DNA of 32,000 nucleotides from Candidatus Saccharimonadota bacterium (GTDB lineage: Bacteria > Pseudomonadota > Gammaproteobacteria > Enterobacterales > Enterobacteriaceae): positions 240,819 through 272,818 of the forward strand of contig NZ_CP046222.1 of the NCBI RefSeq assembly GCF_012571795.1, written 5' to 3'. A program made the position numbers and the translations under genes. The first letter of the stretch is position 1; every line of letters begins with the position of its first letter. The notes below the pieces were generated by a model. It made no database searches. It had not been told where the DNA came from and saw nothing but the letters and a program-made list of their open reading frames with translations. Positions 19,198 to 28,604 of the stretch are shown piece by piece.

Positions 19198-19983
19198 ATG
19201 AATATATTAATTAAAAATTCTAAAGAAATAAAAAAAATCCGTAAGTCGTGTCAATTAGCTGCTGAAGTGTTAGAAATGATAGATTTATATATAGTACCGG
19301 GTATAAGTACAGAAGAAATTAATAATATATGTCATAATTATATAGTTTATGTACAAAAAGCTAAACCAGCTACATTAGGATATAAAGGTTTCCCAAAATC
19401 TATATGTATATCTAAAAATGATATTGTTTGTCATGGTATACCTAATAAAAATGAAATATTATATGATGGTGATATTGTTAATATTGATGTAACTGTTTTA
19501 TATGATGGTTATTATGGTGATACTTCTAAAATGTTTTTTGTAGGTGAAAATATTAAAGATAATTTAAAAAAATTATGTAAAATTACACAATATAGTTTAT
19601 ATAAAGCTATAAACATTTTAAAACCTGGTATTAGATTATATTTAATAGGACAAACTATTCAAAAATATGTAGAAAATAAAAAATTTTCTGTAGTTAGAAA
19701 CTATTGTGGACATGGTATTGGAAAAAATTTTCATGAAGATCCACATATATTACATTATTATGATTATGATAATGGTATTGTTTTACAAAATGGTATGATT
19801 TTTACTATTGAGCCTATGATTAATATAGGTAATAAAGATGTATACGTTATGGATGATGGTTGGACAGTACGTACTATAGATAAAACTTACTCTGCTCAAT
19901 ATGAGCATACTATATTAATAAATAATGATGGATGTGAAGTCTTAACTATAAGACAAGAAGAACAAAATAATATTTTTAAATAA
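19198..19983 (+). CDS. map: Methionine aminopeptidase (type I)
   Basis: All five metal ligand contexts are present: DGDIVNIDVT, GDTSKMF, CGHGIG, FTIEPM and AQYEHT. I place the start at the ATG at 19198 because MNILIKNSKEIKKIR aligns with the E. coli MAISIKTPEDIEKMR. The ORF track begins 13 codons earlier, at 19159. Confidence 0.9.
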   Translation: MNILIKNSKEIKKIRKSCQLAAEVLEMIDLYIVPGISTEEINNICHNYIVYVQKAKPATLGYKGFPKSICISKNDIVCHGIPNKNEILYDGDIVNIDVTVLYDGYYGDTSKMFFVGENIKDNLKKLCKITQYSLYKAINILKPGIRLYLIGQTIQKYVENKKFSVVRNYCGHGIGKNFHEDPHILHYYDYDNGIVLQNGMIFTIEPMINIGNKDVYVMDDGWTVRTIDKTYSAQYEHTILINNDGCEVLTIRQEEQNNIFK

Positions 19984-20042
19984 ATTTGATATAATCAAGT
20001 AGCAAATATAATAACATTATGCTACTTGATTATATCAAATTT
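19982..20042. terminator. Perfect 23-bp inverted repeat (15-nt loop) spanning the whole map/rpoD intergenic spacer; candidate bidirectional intrinsic terminator
   Basis: Positions 19982-20004 (AAATTTGATATAATCAAGTAGCA) are the exact reverse complement of 20020-20042 (TGCTACTTGATTATATCAAATTT). The arms overlap the stop codons of both convergent genes. T-rich sequence follows the stem on both strands. Confidence 0.6.
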
Positions 20043-21829
20043 TAATCATCTAAAAAACTTTTTAAAATTTCAGAACGACTTGGATGTCTTAATTTACGTA
20101 ACGCTTTAGCTTCTATTTGTCTAATTCTTTCTCTAGTAACATCAAACTGTTTGCCTACTTCTTCTAAAGTATGATCTGTATGCATATCAATTCCAAAACG
20201 CATTCTTAGTACTTTTGCTTCTCTAGGTGTTAAACTGGATAAAATATTATGTGTAGCCATACGTAAGCTTTCTGATGTTGCTGATTCTAATGGTAATTCG
20301 GATATATTATCTTCAATAAAATCTCCTAAATGAGAATCTTCATCATCCCCAATAGGGGTTTCCATAGAAATTGGTTCTTTAGCTATTTTTAAAACTTTTC
20401 TAATTTTATCTTCAGAAATCATTAAATATTCTGATAATTCTTCTGGAGTAGGTTCTCTCCCCATTTCTTGTAAAATTTTTCTTGATATTCTATTTAATTT
20501 ATTAATAGTTTCAATCATATGTACAGGAATACGTATAGTTCGTGCTTGATCTGCAATAGAACGTGTTATTGCTTGTCTAATCCACCAAGTGGCGTATGTT
20601 GAAAACTTATATCCTCTTCTATATTCAAATTTATCAACTGCTTTCATTAAACCAATATTACCTTCTTGTATTAAATCTAAAAATTGTAATCCTCGGTTTG
20701 TATATTTTTTGGCAATAGATATAACTAATCTTAAATTAGCTTCTACCATTTCTTTTTTAGCTCTTTTTGCTTTAATTTCACCTATAGAAATTTTTTTATA
20801 TATATTTTTTATTTGTTTTATAGATAAATGTGTTTCTTTTTCAATATTAATTAATTCATTAAAAAATTTATCTAATTTATTATTAAAAAAATCTATTGAT
20901 ATTTTATCATAATTAATAATTTGTTTATAATATTGTAATTTATGAAAAATATGTTTTTTATTATATTGACAATTTTTTAATAAAAGTAAACATTTTTTCT
21001 TAGATATTTTATAATATTTAATACAAAATTTTACAATATATTTATCTTGTATACGTATACGTAAAATAAATTGTTTTATTTGATTTATTAAAAAATCAAA
21101 TTCTTTAGTTACTAAACGAAATTGTTGAAAAATATTTGCAAGATTATGAATTTCTTGAATAGACTGTTTATTTGTACGACCTTTTTTATTAATAATTTTA
21201 GATGTTATATCATATTGTGTATTCAGTTCCTGAAATTTTATATTAGCTATAGTAGGATCAACAAGATTATTATCTGTTTGTTCATTAGTTATAAGAGTAC
21301 TAATATTATTAATATTTATTACATCTTCTAATTTATTTAAATTAATAAATCCATAAATAATATCAGAAAATTTAATTTGACCATGTTGTACTTGTTTGTA
21401 TTTTTTTAAAAAATATTCAATAGCATTAGGATATTCAGCAATAGAATATTGTACTTGATTTATACCTTCTTCAATTCTCTTAGCAATGTTAATTTCTCCT
21501 TCTCTAGTTAATAATTCTACTGTACCCATTTCACGCATATATATACGAACAGGATCAGTTGTTTTCCCTATATCTGTCTCAACATTAGATAAAATTTGTA
21601 TTGTATCATCATTATTTTGATTATGATGAAGTATTAAATCATCTCCATCTAAAGCTTCTTCCATTATTTGAATACCCATATCATTTATAACATGTATAAT
21701 ATCTTCAAATTTATTTGAATTAATAATGTTCTCTGGTAAAAAATCATTTACTTCTGCATATGTTAAATAACCTTTTTCTTTACCACGAGATAGAAGAGTT
21801 TTTAATTTTAATTTTGAGTTATGATCCAT
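20042..21829 (-). CDS. rpoD: RNA polymerase sigma-70 factor RpoD
   Basis: The 595-aa ORF has regions 1.2 to 4.2 nearly identical to enterobacterial RpoD (DPVRxYMREMG, [109 protein letters not shown]). Confidence 0.98.
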   Translation of the reverse strand: MDHNSKLKLKTLLSRGKEKGYLTYAEVNDFLPENIINSNKFEDIIHVINDMGIQIMEEALDGDDLILHHNQNNDDTIQILSNVETDIGKTTDPVRIYMREMGTVELLTREGEINIAKRIEEGINQVQYSIAEYPNAIEYFLKKYKQVQHGQIKFSDIIYGFINLNKLEDVININNISTLITNEQTDNNLVDPTIANIKFQELNTQYDITSKIINKKGRTNKQSIQEIHNLANIFQQFRLVTKEFDFLINQIKQFILRIRIQDKYIVKFCIKYYKISKKKCLLLLKNCQYNKKHIFHKLQYYKQIINYDKISIDFFNNKLDKFFNELINIEKETHLSIKQIKNIYKKISIGEIKAKRAKKEMVEANLRLVISIAKKYTNRGLQFLDLIQEGNIGLMKAVDKFEYRRGYKFSTYATWWIRQAITRSIADQARTIRIPVHMIETINKLNRISRKILQEMGREPTPEELSEYLMISEDKIRKVLKIAKEPISMETPIGDDEDSHLGDFIEDNISELPLESATSESLRMATHNILSSLTPREAKVLRMRFGIDMHTDHTLEEVGKQFDVTRERIRQIEAKALRKLRHPSRSEILKSFLDD

Positions 21830-21969
21830 AAAAATTATTCCATACTATACTATGTATATGATTAACAATGCATTAATTAAATAATAATATTAATTATTTT
21901 ATATAAATTAAGTAATAAATATCCTTTTGTAAAATAAAAATTTTAATTTGATTTTATTTATAAAAAAAA

Positions 21970-23718
21970 TTATATATTTTTTATCATGATTTTTTTGTTT
22001 AAAGACCATAATTCGTTCTTTTGTTTAATACTTAATCCTTGTTGTCGTTCTAAAGATATTAAATAATTTTGTCTATCTTCTAAAATATTAATTTTTAATT
22101 TATTAATTAATTGTATAAATAATTCTTCTATTTGATTATTAGGAATCATATGGTTCCATTTTGCTAAAATTTCAAGAGATTGTTTAAATTTTGTATTTTT
22201 ATAATATTCAATAATATTTTGTGTAGTAATATTTTCATTACTGCATACCTTAATTAATTTTATAAAAAAAGATAAGCCATGTATATTAGATGTTTTAAAT
22301 AATTGTATTGGTGGTACAATATTAGATAAGTATGGATATTGTATCAAAATACTAATAAGTAAACGTACAGTAGTTTTTTTTAAAATATTTTTTTCTTTTT
22401 TTATATAATTATTTATATTACTATATAATGATTTATGATAGTAAATATCTATTAAGTTCATAATACCTATTTTTTCACCTAATTGTTTAATTAAATAAAC
22501 TTGAAATAAGTAATCAGGAATAATCTTAATTAAAGATAATGCTGTGTAAGTTAATTTAGTTTTTCCTTCACAAGAACTCGTATTAATAGTAGATAATAAA
22601 AATTTAAAAAAAAAATCTGAAAATAATAAAACATTTTTTATTCTTTCTTCAAATAATTTTTTACCTTCTTTTCTTATTAAACTATCTGGATCTTCATTAT
22701 TAGGTAAAATCATAAAACCTATTTTTTTACCATAAACCATATGTGATAAACTAATTTTTAGTGCGTGCCAATGTGCTTGTATTCCAGCATGGTCACCATC
22801 ATAACAATAAATAATCATATTAGTTAAACAAAATAATTTTTTAATATGGACATTACTAATATTAGTGCCTAATACTGCTACAACATAAGTAATATTATAC
22901 TGAAATAAACTAATAACATCAGTATATCCTTCAACTACTAATATATATTTAAAACTATTATTTTTTTTTTTTATTTCATATAAACCATATAATTCGTTAC
23001 TTTTATGAAAAATTAAATTTTCTGATGAATTTAAATATTTAGGATGTTTATTATCTATAGCACGAGCACCAAAACCAATAATATACCCTTGTATATTTTT
23101 GATAGGAAATATTATACGATGATTAAATATATCATAATACAATTTTTTAAATTTATTTATTTTTAAAATACCTAATTTTTGACTTAAAATATTTAAATAT
23201 TTACTATTATTTTTTATATTATATTCTGATTGTATAGGAGAATATCCAATAGAAAAAAATTTAATAATATCTAATGTATAACCTCTATTTAATAAATAAT
23301 TATAAGCATTTTTACCTGCTGATGTATATAAAGAATTTTCATAAAAATTACTAATATTTTGCATACATCTATATAATTTATCATGTTTTATTAAATATTT
23401 ATAAACAGATACATTATTATTATAATTATCAATAGGAATATTAAAAAAATCAGTAATTTGTTTAATACTATCTAAAAAAGAAACATTATTATAATTTATA
23501 ATAAAATCTATAATATTACCATGTACACCACAACCAAAACAATGATATATTTGTTTATCAGCATTAACAGCAAATGATGGAGTTTTTTCTATATGAAAAG
23601 GACATAAACCAAAGAAATTATTACCTTTTTTATTTAATTTGATTTTACTTTTTATAAAAATAATAATATCAGATTTTTCTAAAATATTATTTATAAAATC
23701 ACGAGAAACATATTTCAT
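21970..23718 (-). CDS. dnaG: DNA primase
   Basis: The 582-aa ORF has the zinc ribbon CPFHxEKTPSFxV..YHCFGCGxHG. It has TOPRIM motifs EGYTDV and DGDHAG. It sits in the rpsU-dnaG-rpoD operon order. Confidence 0.95.
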   Translation of the reverse strand: MKYVSRDFINNILEKSDIIIFIKSKIKLNKKGNNFFGLCPFHIEKTPSFAVNADKQIYHCFGCGVHGNIIDFIINYNNVSFLDSIKQITDFFNIPIDNYNNNVSVYKYLIKHDKLYRCMQNISNFYENSLYTSAGKNAYNYLLNRGYTLDIIKFFSIGYSPIQSEYNIKNNSKYLNILSQKLGILKINKFKKLYYDIFNHRIIFPIKNIQGYIIGFGARAIDNKHPKYLNSSENLIFHKSNELYGLYEIKKKNNSFKYILVVEGYTDVISLFQYNITYVVAVLGTNISNVHIKKLFCLTNMIIYCYDGDHAGIQAHWHALKISLSHMVYGKKIGFMILPNNEDPDSLIRKEGKKLFEERIKNVLLFSDFFFKFLLSTINTSSCEGKTKLTYTALSLIKIIPDYLFQVYLIKQLGEKIGIMNLIDIYYHKSLYSNINNYIKKEKNILKKTTVRLLISILIQYPYLSNIVPPIQLFKTSNIHGLSFFIKLIKVCSNENITTQNIIEYYKNTKFKQSLEILAKWNHMIPNNQIEELFIQLINKLKINILEDRQNYLISLERQQGLSIKQKNELWSLNKKIMIKNI

Positions 23719-23781
23719 AATATATTATTTTACTAATTATTTTATCATATAAAAATATTATTTTAAAATATAAATTATGTT

Positions 23782-23997
23782 CTAATATAAACGTATTTTT
23801 TTTGATTTGTCTCTAGAAATTTTTTTCATATGTCTTTTAATAGCAGATGCTTTAGATCTTTTTCTTGCTGTAGTTGGTTTTTCATAAAATTCTCTACGTC
23901 TTACTTCTGCTAAAATTCCAGCTTTTTCACAAGAACGTTTAAAACGTCTTAAAGCTAAATCAAATGGTTCATTTTCACGTACTTTAATAATTGGCAT
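23782..23997 (-). CDS. rpsU: 30S ribosomal protein S21
   Basis: The 71-aa ORF is almost identical to E. coli S21 ([42 protein letters not shown]). Confidence 0.97.
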   Translation of the reverse strand: MPIIKVRENEPFDLALRRFKRSCEKAGILAEVRRREFYEKPTTARKRSKASAIKRHMKKISRDKSKKIRLY

Positions 23998-24112
23998 ATT
24001 AATATAACCTTTATAAATATATGAATTTATTATTATAGTATAAATTAATAATTAAATAAATTTTTTTGTTATACTTATAATAATATTTATATAAATAATC
24101 AGGTTTATTAAT

Positions 24113-25147
24113 ATGTTAATTTTAGGCATTGAAACATCTTGTGATGATACAGCAATAGCGATTTATGATAAACATCATGGTATTTTATGTAATTACATAA
24201 AAAAACAGACAATACATGATAAGTATGGAGGTATTGTCCCGGAATTAGCTGCAAGAAAACATTTAAGTAATATTATTTTATTAATAAAAAAATCTTTATT
24301 AAAAATTAATAAACATATAAAAGATATTAATGGTATTGCTTATACTTTTGGTCCTGGATTAGTTAATTCCCTTATAATTGGAGCAACAATTGCTCACACA
24401 TTAGCTTATACATTAAATATACCTATTATTCCTATTAATCATATGGAAGGTCATTTACTATCCATTATGTTAAATAAAAATAAACCAGTATATCCTTTTA
24501 TAGGATTATTAATTTCTGGTGGTAATACTCAACTAGTATATGCATATAAATTTAATAAATATAAAATTATAGGAAATAATATAGATGATGCAGTTGGAGA
24601 AGTTTATGATAAAGTATCTAAATTTTTAAAGTTAAAAGTATTAGGTGGTAGAAGCATAGCAAATATATCAAAATTTGGTATTCCAACACAATTAAAATTT
24701 CCAAGACCTATGTTAACTGATAAAAATAATTTAAATTTTAGTTTTTCTGGATTAAAAACATCTGTTAAAAATTTTATACAAAAAAATAAAATTAATACAT
24801 TTCAGATGAAAGCTAATATTGCTTATGCTTTTGAAGATGCTATTCGAGAAACTTTATTTATAAAAAGTTTACGATCATTACAAAAATATAATATTAAACA
24901 ATTAGTAATTGCAGGTGGTGTAAGTTCTAATATGAATTTAAGAAAATATTTTTATAAAAATTTTAAATCTTATCATATTAAAATATTTTTTAGTAATATG
25001 GAATATTGTATTGATAATGCTGCTATGATTGCATATGTAGGTATGAAAAAAATTAATAAATATACAAAATACTTATTTTGGGAAAAAATTATTGATCCTA
25101 AAATAACATTAGATGATAATATTAAAAATATAATATTTAAAAATTAA
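24113..25147 (+). CDS. tsaD: tRNA N6-adenosine threonylcarbamoyltransferase TsaD
   Basis: The 344-aa ORF carries LGIETSCDDTAIAIYD, GGxVPELAARKH, GPGLV, HMEGHLL, DDAxGE, FSFSGLKT, AGGVSxN and DNAAMIA. It is divergent from rpsU as in E. coli. Confidence 0.92.
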   Translation: MLILGIETSCDDTAIAIYDKHHGILCNYIKKQTIHDKYGGIVPELAARKHLSNIILLIKKSLLKINKHIKDINGIAYTFGPGLVNSLIIGATIAHTLAYTLNIPIIPINHMEGHLLSIMLNKNKPVYPFIGLLISGGNTQLVYAYKFNKYKIIGNNIDDAVGEVYDKVSKFLKLKVLGGRSIANISKFGIPTQLKFPRPMLTDKNNLNFSFSGLKTSVKNFIQKNKINTFQMKANIAYAFEDAIRETLFIKSLRSLQKYNIKQLVIAGGVSSNMNLRKYFYKNFKSYHIKIFFSNMEYCIDNAAMIAYVGMKKINKYTKYLFWEKIIDPKITLDDNIKNIIFKN

Positions 25148-25158
25148 TTACTATTTAT

Positions 25159-25962
25159 ATGATAATAAATTCTAATATTTTAATAATATTATTGTTAAGT
25201 ATAATACAAGGATTAACAGAATTTTTACCTATATCTTCAACAGCTCATATGATAATTGTATCTAAACTATTAAATTTGCCAAATAATCAATTTTTTAATA
25301 TGTTTAATATTATAGTACAATTAGGATCTGTATGTGCAGGATGTATATTCTTTCATAAAACTATTTATAATATTATTTATAATACTCTAAAATATAATAA
25401 AAATAAAATTAATTTATTACATATTTTAATTACTATAATGCCAATTATAATTATAGGTATAATATTTTATCATAAAATAAAAAAAATTATGAGTATTACA
25501 AACACTATATATGGTATGATACTAGGCAGTATATATATATATATATCTGAAATAATAAAACCAAAAAAATATAAAATATACAATATAAATTGTTTAAAAT
25601 ATAAATTGTTGTTTATTATTGGTTGTTTTCAATGTTTGGCTTTTTTACCAGGATTTTCAAGATCAGGATCTGTTTTGTCTATTAGTTTAATAATGGGGTT
25701 AACTCGTTATATAGCTACAGAATTATGTTTTGTAATAGCTATACCTGTTATATTTGGTGCTAGTTGTCTAGAATTATATAAAAATTTTATATTTTTAAAT
25801 ATTTATAATATTAAAATATTAATTTTAAGTTTTTTTATATCTTTTATAACAAGTTTTTGTACAATTAGATTATCATTATTTTTAATTCATTATATGTCAT
25901 GGAGATATTTTGCTATATATCGTATAATAATTGCTATTATGATTTATATATATATTATGTAA
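25159..25962 (+). CDS. uppP: Undecaprenyl-diphosphate phosphatase
   Basis: The 267-aa polytopic membrane ORF carries GLTEFLPISSTAH, IGCFQCLAxxPGFSRSG and F(A/I)IYR. Confidence 0.92.
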   Translation: MIINSNILIILLLSIIQGLTEFLPISSTAHMIIVSKLLNLPNNQFFNMFNIIVQLGSVCAGCIFFHKTIYNIIYNTLKYNKNKINLLHILITIMPIIIIGIIFYHKIKKIMSITNTIYGMILGSIYIYISEIIKPKKYKIYNINCLKYKLLFIIGCFQCLAFLPGFSRSGSVLSISLIMGLTRYIATELCFVIAIPVIFGASCLELYKNFIFLNIYNIKILILSFFISFITSFCTIRLSLFLIHYMSWRYFAIYRIIIAIMIYIYIM

Positions 25963-27201
25963 TTATTTTATTTTATATAAATTTATAAATTTTTTTAATA
26001 ATTTTAATCTTTCATTATATATTAATTTTTTAATATCAAGACCATTAATATTAGAATGTTTTATAAAAATATCTTTTGTTTTTATTTTACAAATATATTT
26101 ATATATTTCAATAAAATATTTTCCTTGTGTATAATTAATAGATTCAAACATAGTACGACCACGCGCATCTGATTCACTAATTAATGCAATTTGTTTCACT
26201 CTTTTAGGCTGCCTCCAAGCGTCAATTATATTATATATATTTAAAATATCTTCAGGATTTTGTTCATAAATATTATGTAATAAATCATGTGTTTGTACAG
26301 CTAAAATAGATAAAGATTTAATTTCATTAGGGATTTTTAATCTTTTACATAATTTTTTTACTAAAGGTATACCTGCTATACCATGTCCGTAATGTCTAGG
26401 CCATAAATGTTTAGGTGTTAAGCTTTTACCTAAATCATGACATAAAGATGCAAATCTTACAGATATATCATTAGTTAATTGTGAAGCAATTTTTAATGTC
26501 ATCATAGTATGTATGCCAGTATCAATTTCTGGATGCCATTTAGCTGGTGCTGGGACACCATATAATTTATTTATTTCTGGAAATAAAATTGATAAAGCAC
26601 CACATTTGCGTAATACTTCAAAATAAACATGAGGATTTAGAGTATTTAAAGCACTAGATGTTTCTTTCCAAATACGTTCTGGTTTTAAATATAATAATTC
26701 TTGTGTATTACACATATCTTTCATTAGATCTAATGTACTATTATGTATATAAAAGTTTAAATGTGCAAATTTAGCAGCAAATCTTGCAACACGTAAAACT
26801 CTTAATGGATCATCTTTAAAAGATAAAGAAATATGTTTCAGAACTTTTTTTTTAATATCTTGTATTCCATTAAAGGGATCATATAAATTACCTAAATGAT
26901 CTTGTGCTATTGCATTAATTGTAAGATCTCTACGTAATAAATCTTCTTCTAATGTTACTTTTGATGTAGCATGGTATTTAAACCCTTTATAACCATGTCC
27001 TAATTTTCTTTCTGTACGTGCTAATGCATATTCTTCATGTGTGATAGGATGTAAAAATACAGGGAAATCTTTACCTACTAATTTATATCCTAATTTTGTC
27101 ATCTCATTTATATTAGAACCTACCACTAACCAATCTTTATCAGTGACTTGTAATTTTAATAATGAATCACGTACAGCACCACCAACTAAATAAATTTTCA
27201 T
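25963..27201 (-). CDS. cca: CCA-adding tRNA nucleotidyltransferase with HD domain
   Basis: MKIYLVGGAVRDSLL aligns with the E. coli Cca N-terminus. It is followed by TDKDW, EEYALARTERK, RRDLTINA, DPLRVLRVARFAA, GVPAPAKWHPEIDTGIHT and LCHDLGK. I place the start at the ATG at 27201; the ORF track begins 3 codons earlier at a GTG (27210). Confidence 0.93.
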   Translation of the reverse strand: MKIYLVGGAVRDSLLKLQVTDKDWLVVGSNINEMTKLGYKLVGKDFPVFLHPITHEEYALARTERKLGHGYKGFKYHATSKVTLEEDLLRRDLTINAIAQDHLGNLYDPFNGIQDIKKKVLKHISLSFKDDPLRVLRVARFAAKFAHLNFYIHNSTLDLMKDMCNTQELLYLKPERIWKETSSALNTLNPHVYFEVLRKCGALSILFPEINKLYGVPAPAKWHPEIDTGIHTMMTLKIASQLTNDISVRFASLCHDLGKSLTPKHLWPRHYGHGIAGIPLVKKLCKRLKIPNEIKSLSILAVQTHDLLHNIYEQNPEDILNIYNIIDAWRQPKRVKQIALISESDARGRTMFESINYTQGKYFIEIYKYICKIKTKDIFIKHSNINGLDIKKLIYNERLKLLKKFINLYKIK

Positions 27202-27624
27202 AATAGACACTCTAAAATAATAATATATTTAATAAATATTTGTATAATTAATATATATTATAATTCTTTTTATAATAAATTTTATAAAGTATTAATGTTA
27301 TTTATATAAAAATAAAATTAAATAACATAATAATGTTTATTAAAAAATTATTGTTAATTCAATTAGCATATTGTTAATCATTAAAAGTAATAATTTTATT
27401 ATAATAAATATTATTAAAAAATTTATGCATATATAAAATTATACATAATATTATTATTTTTTGAAATTTATTTTTAGTGAATAAAAACATTCTTTTAAAA
27501 TATAATATCTAAAATAATTTATTTTATAATATAAATTTAATTATATAAAAATAAAAATATTTTGAATAATTACTATATTTAATAATATATTGAATATTAT
27601 TTACCTATATATATAACTCATTTT

Positions 27625-28287
27625 ATGATGAAGCAAAACTATAAAGTATTAAATTATTATTTTGGAAATAATCATAATAGAATTTTAAATTCTATTCATG
27701 CTTTACAAAATGGAAAAGGTATAATGATAATAGATGATCACAATAGAGAAAATGAAGGAGATATTATTTTTTCTGCTGAAACTATTACAATACCACAAAT
27801 AATATTTAGTATTAGATATGGCAGTGGTATTATTTGTTTATGTATTACTGAATATTTACGTAAAAAATTAAAATTACCGATGATGGTAAAAAATAATACT
27901 AATATTTATAAAACTGGGTTTACAATATCTATTGAAGCAGCAAAAGGAATAACTACAGGAGTATCCGCACAAGATAGATTTACTACCATTAAAACAGCTA
28001 TAAATAATAATACAAAACCCGAAGATTTAAATCATCCTGGGCATATATTTCCTTTAAGAGCAGTTCATGGTGGAGTTCTAGTCAGACCAGGTCATACTGA
28101 AGCAACAATAGATTTATTAAAAATATCTCAAATGAAACCAACAGGAATTTTATGTGAATTAACTAATAATAATGGCACTATCGCAAATATGTTAGATACA
28201 ATAATTTTTGCAAAAAAACATAATATGTTAGTATTAACTGTAAATGATATAAAAAATTTTATTATAGAAAATAATATTAATTTATAA
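27625..28287 (+). CDS. ribB: 3,4-dihydroxy-2-butanone-4-phosphate synthase
   Basis: The 220-aa ORF carries DDxxRENEGD, HGSGIxCLCITE, LPMMVxNNT, GFTxxIEAA, GVSAxDR, PGHxFPL, GHTEATIDL and GxLCELTN. Confidence 0.94.
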   Translation: MMKQNYKVLNYYFGNNHNRILNSIHALQNGKGIMIIDDHNRENEGDIIFSAETITIPQIIFSIRYGSGIICLCITEYLRKKLKLPMMVKNNTNIYKTGFTISIEAAKGITTGVSAQDRFTTIKTAINNNTKPEDLNHPGHIFPLRAVHGGVLVRPGHTEATIDLLKISQMKPTGILCELTNNNGTIANMLDTIIFAKKHNMLVLTVNDIKNFIIENNINL

Positions 28288-28302
28288 TATATATAAAAAT
28301 TG

Positions 28303-28376
28303 TCGGCGAGAGAGGATTTGAACCTCCGACCCACTGGTCCCAAACCAGTTGCGCTACCAAACTGCGCTACTCGCCG
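28303..28376 (-). tRNA. proM: tRNA-Pro (anticodon UGG)
   Basis: The reverse complement is CGGCGAGTAGCGCAGTTTGGTAGCGCAACTGGTTTGGGACCAGTGGGTCGGAGGTTCAAATCCTCTCTCGCCGA. It folds as a cloverleaf with anticodon loop TTTGGGA and is near-identical to E. coli proM as I recall it. No CCA is encoded; the gene is followed by CAA. Confidence 0.93.
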
Positions 28377-28425
28377 AAATTAATTATAACTTTTATTAAA
28401 TTATAATTATCATTCATATATTCTG

Positions 28426-28499
28426 GGTGGCTAATGGGATTTGAACCCACGACAACCGGAACCACAATCCAGTGCTCTACCAACTGAGCTATAGCCACC
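28426..28499 (-). tRNA. hisR: tRNA-His (anticodon GUG) with encoded G-1
   Basis: The reverse complement is GGTGGCTATAGCTCAGTTGGTAGAGCACTGGATTGTGGTTCCGGTTGTCGTGGGTTCAAATCCCATTAGCCACC. The anticodon loop is TTGTGGT. The extra 5' G pairs with discriminator C, which is the tRNA-His hallmark. No complete CCA is encoded; the gene is followed by CAG. Confidence 0.93.
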
Positions 28500-28530
28500 A
28501 TCATATATATATTATTTTAAATATGTTCTA

Positions 28531-28604
28531 TACACCCGACAGGAATTGAACCTGAGTCCACTGTTTTCGGAAAACAGTACTCTATCCTACTGAGCTACGG
28601 GTGT
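28531..28604 (-). tRNA. argX: tRNA-Arg (anticodon CCG)
   Basis: The reverse complement is ACACCCGTAGCTCAGTAGGATAGAGTACTGTTTTCCGAAAACAGTGGACTCAGGTTCAATTCCTGTCGGGTGTA. The acceptor stem is ACACCCG/CGGGTGT and the anticodon loop is TTCCGAA. It resembles E. coli argX and holds the same position at the head of the arg-his-(leu)-pro cluster. No CCA is encoded; the gene is followed by TAG. Confidence 0.88.

Noticed and set aside
20589-21331. Two plus-strand ORFs (107 and 69 aa).
   Set aside because: Both are antisense inside rpoD. They persist because the conserved, less A/T-rich sigma regions have few antisense stop codons.
27211-27624. An FMN riboswitch, a small RNA or a replication origin in the 414-bp spacer.
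   Set aside because: The sequence is nearly devoid of G and C, so the conserved riboswitch helices cannot form. I saw no DnaA-box-like 9-mers, and oriC is not expected in this gene context.
28128-28343. A 71-aa minus-strand ORF.
   Set aside because: It overlaps the 3' end of ribB in antisense and runs through tRNA-Pro. Its N-terminal G/P/R-rich residues are simply the translated tRNA gene.
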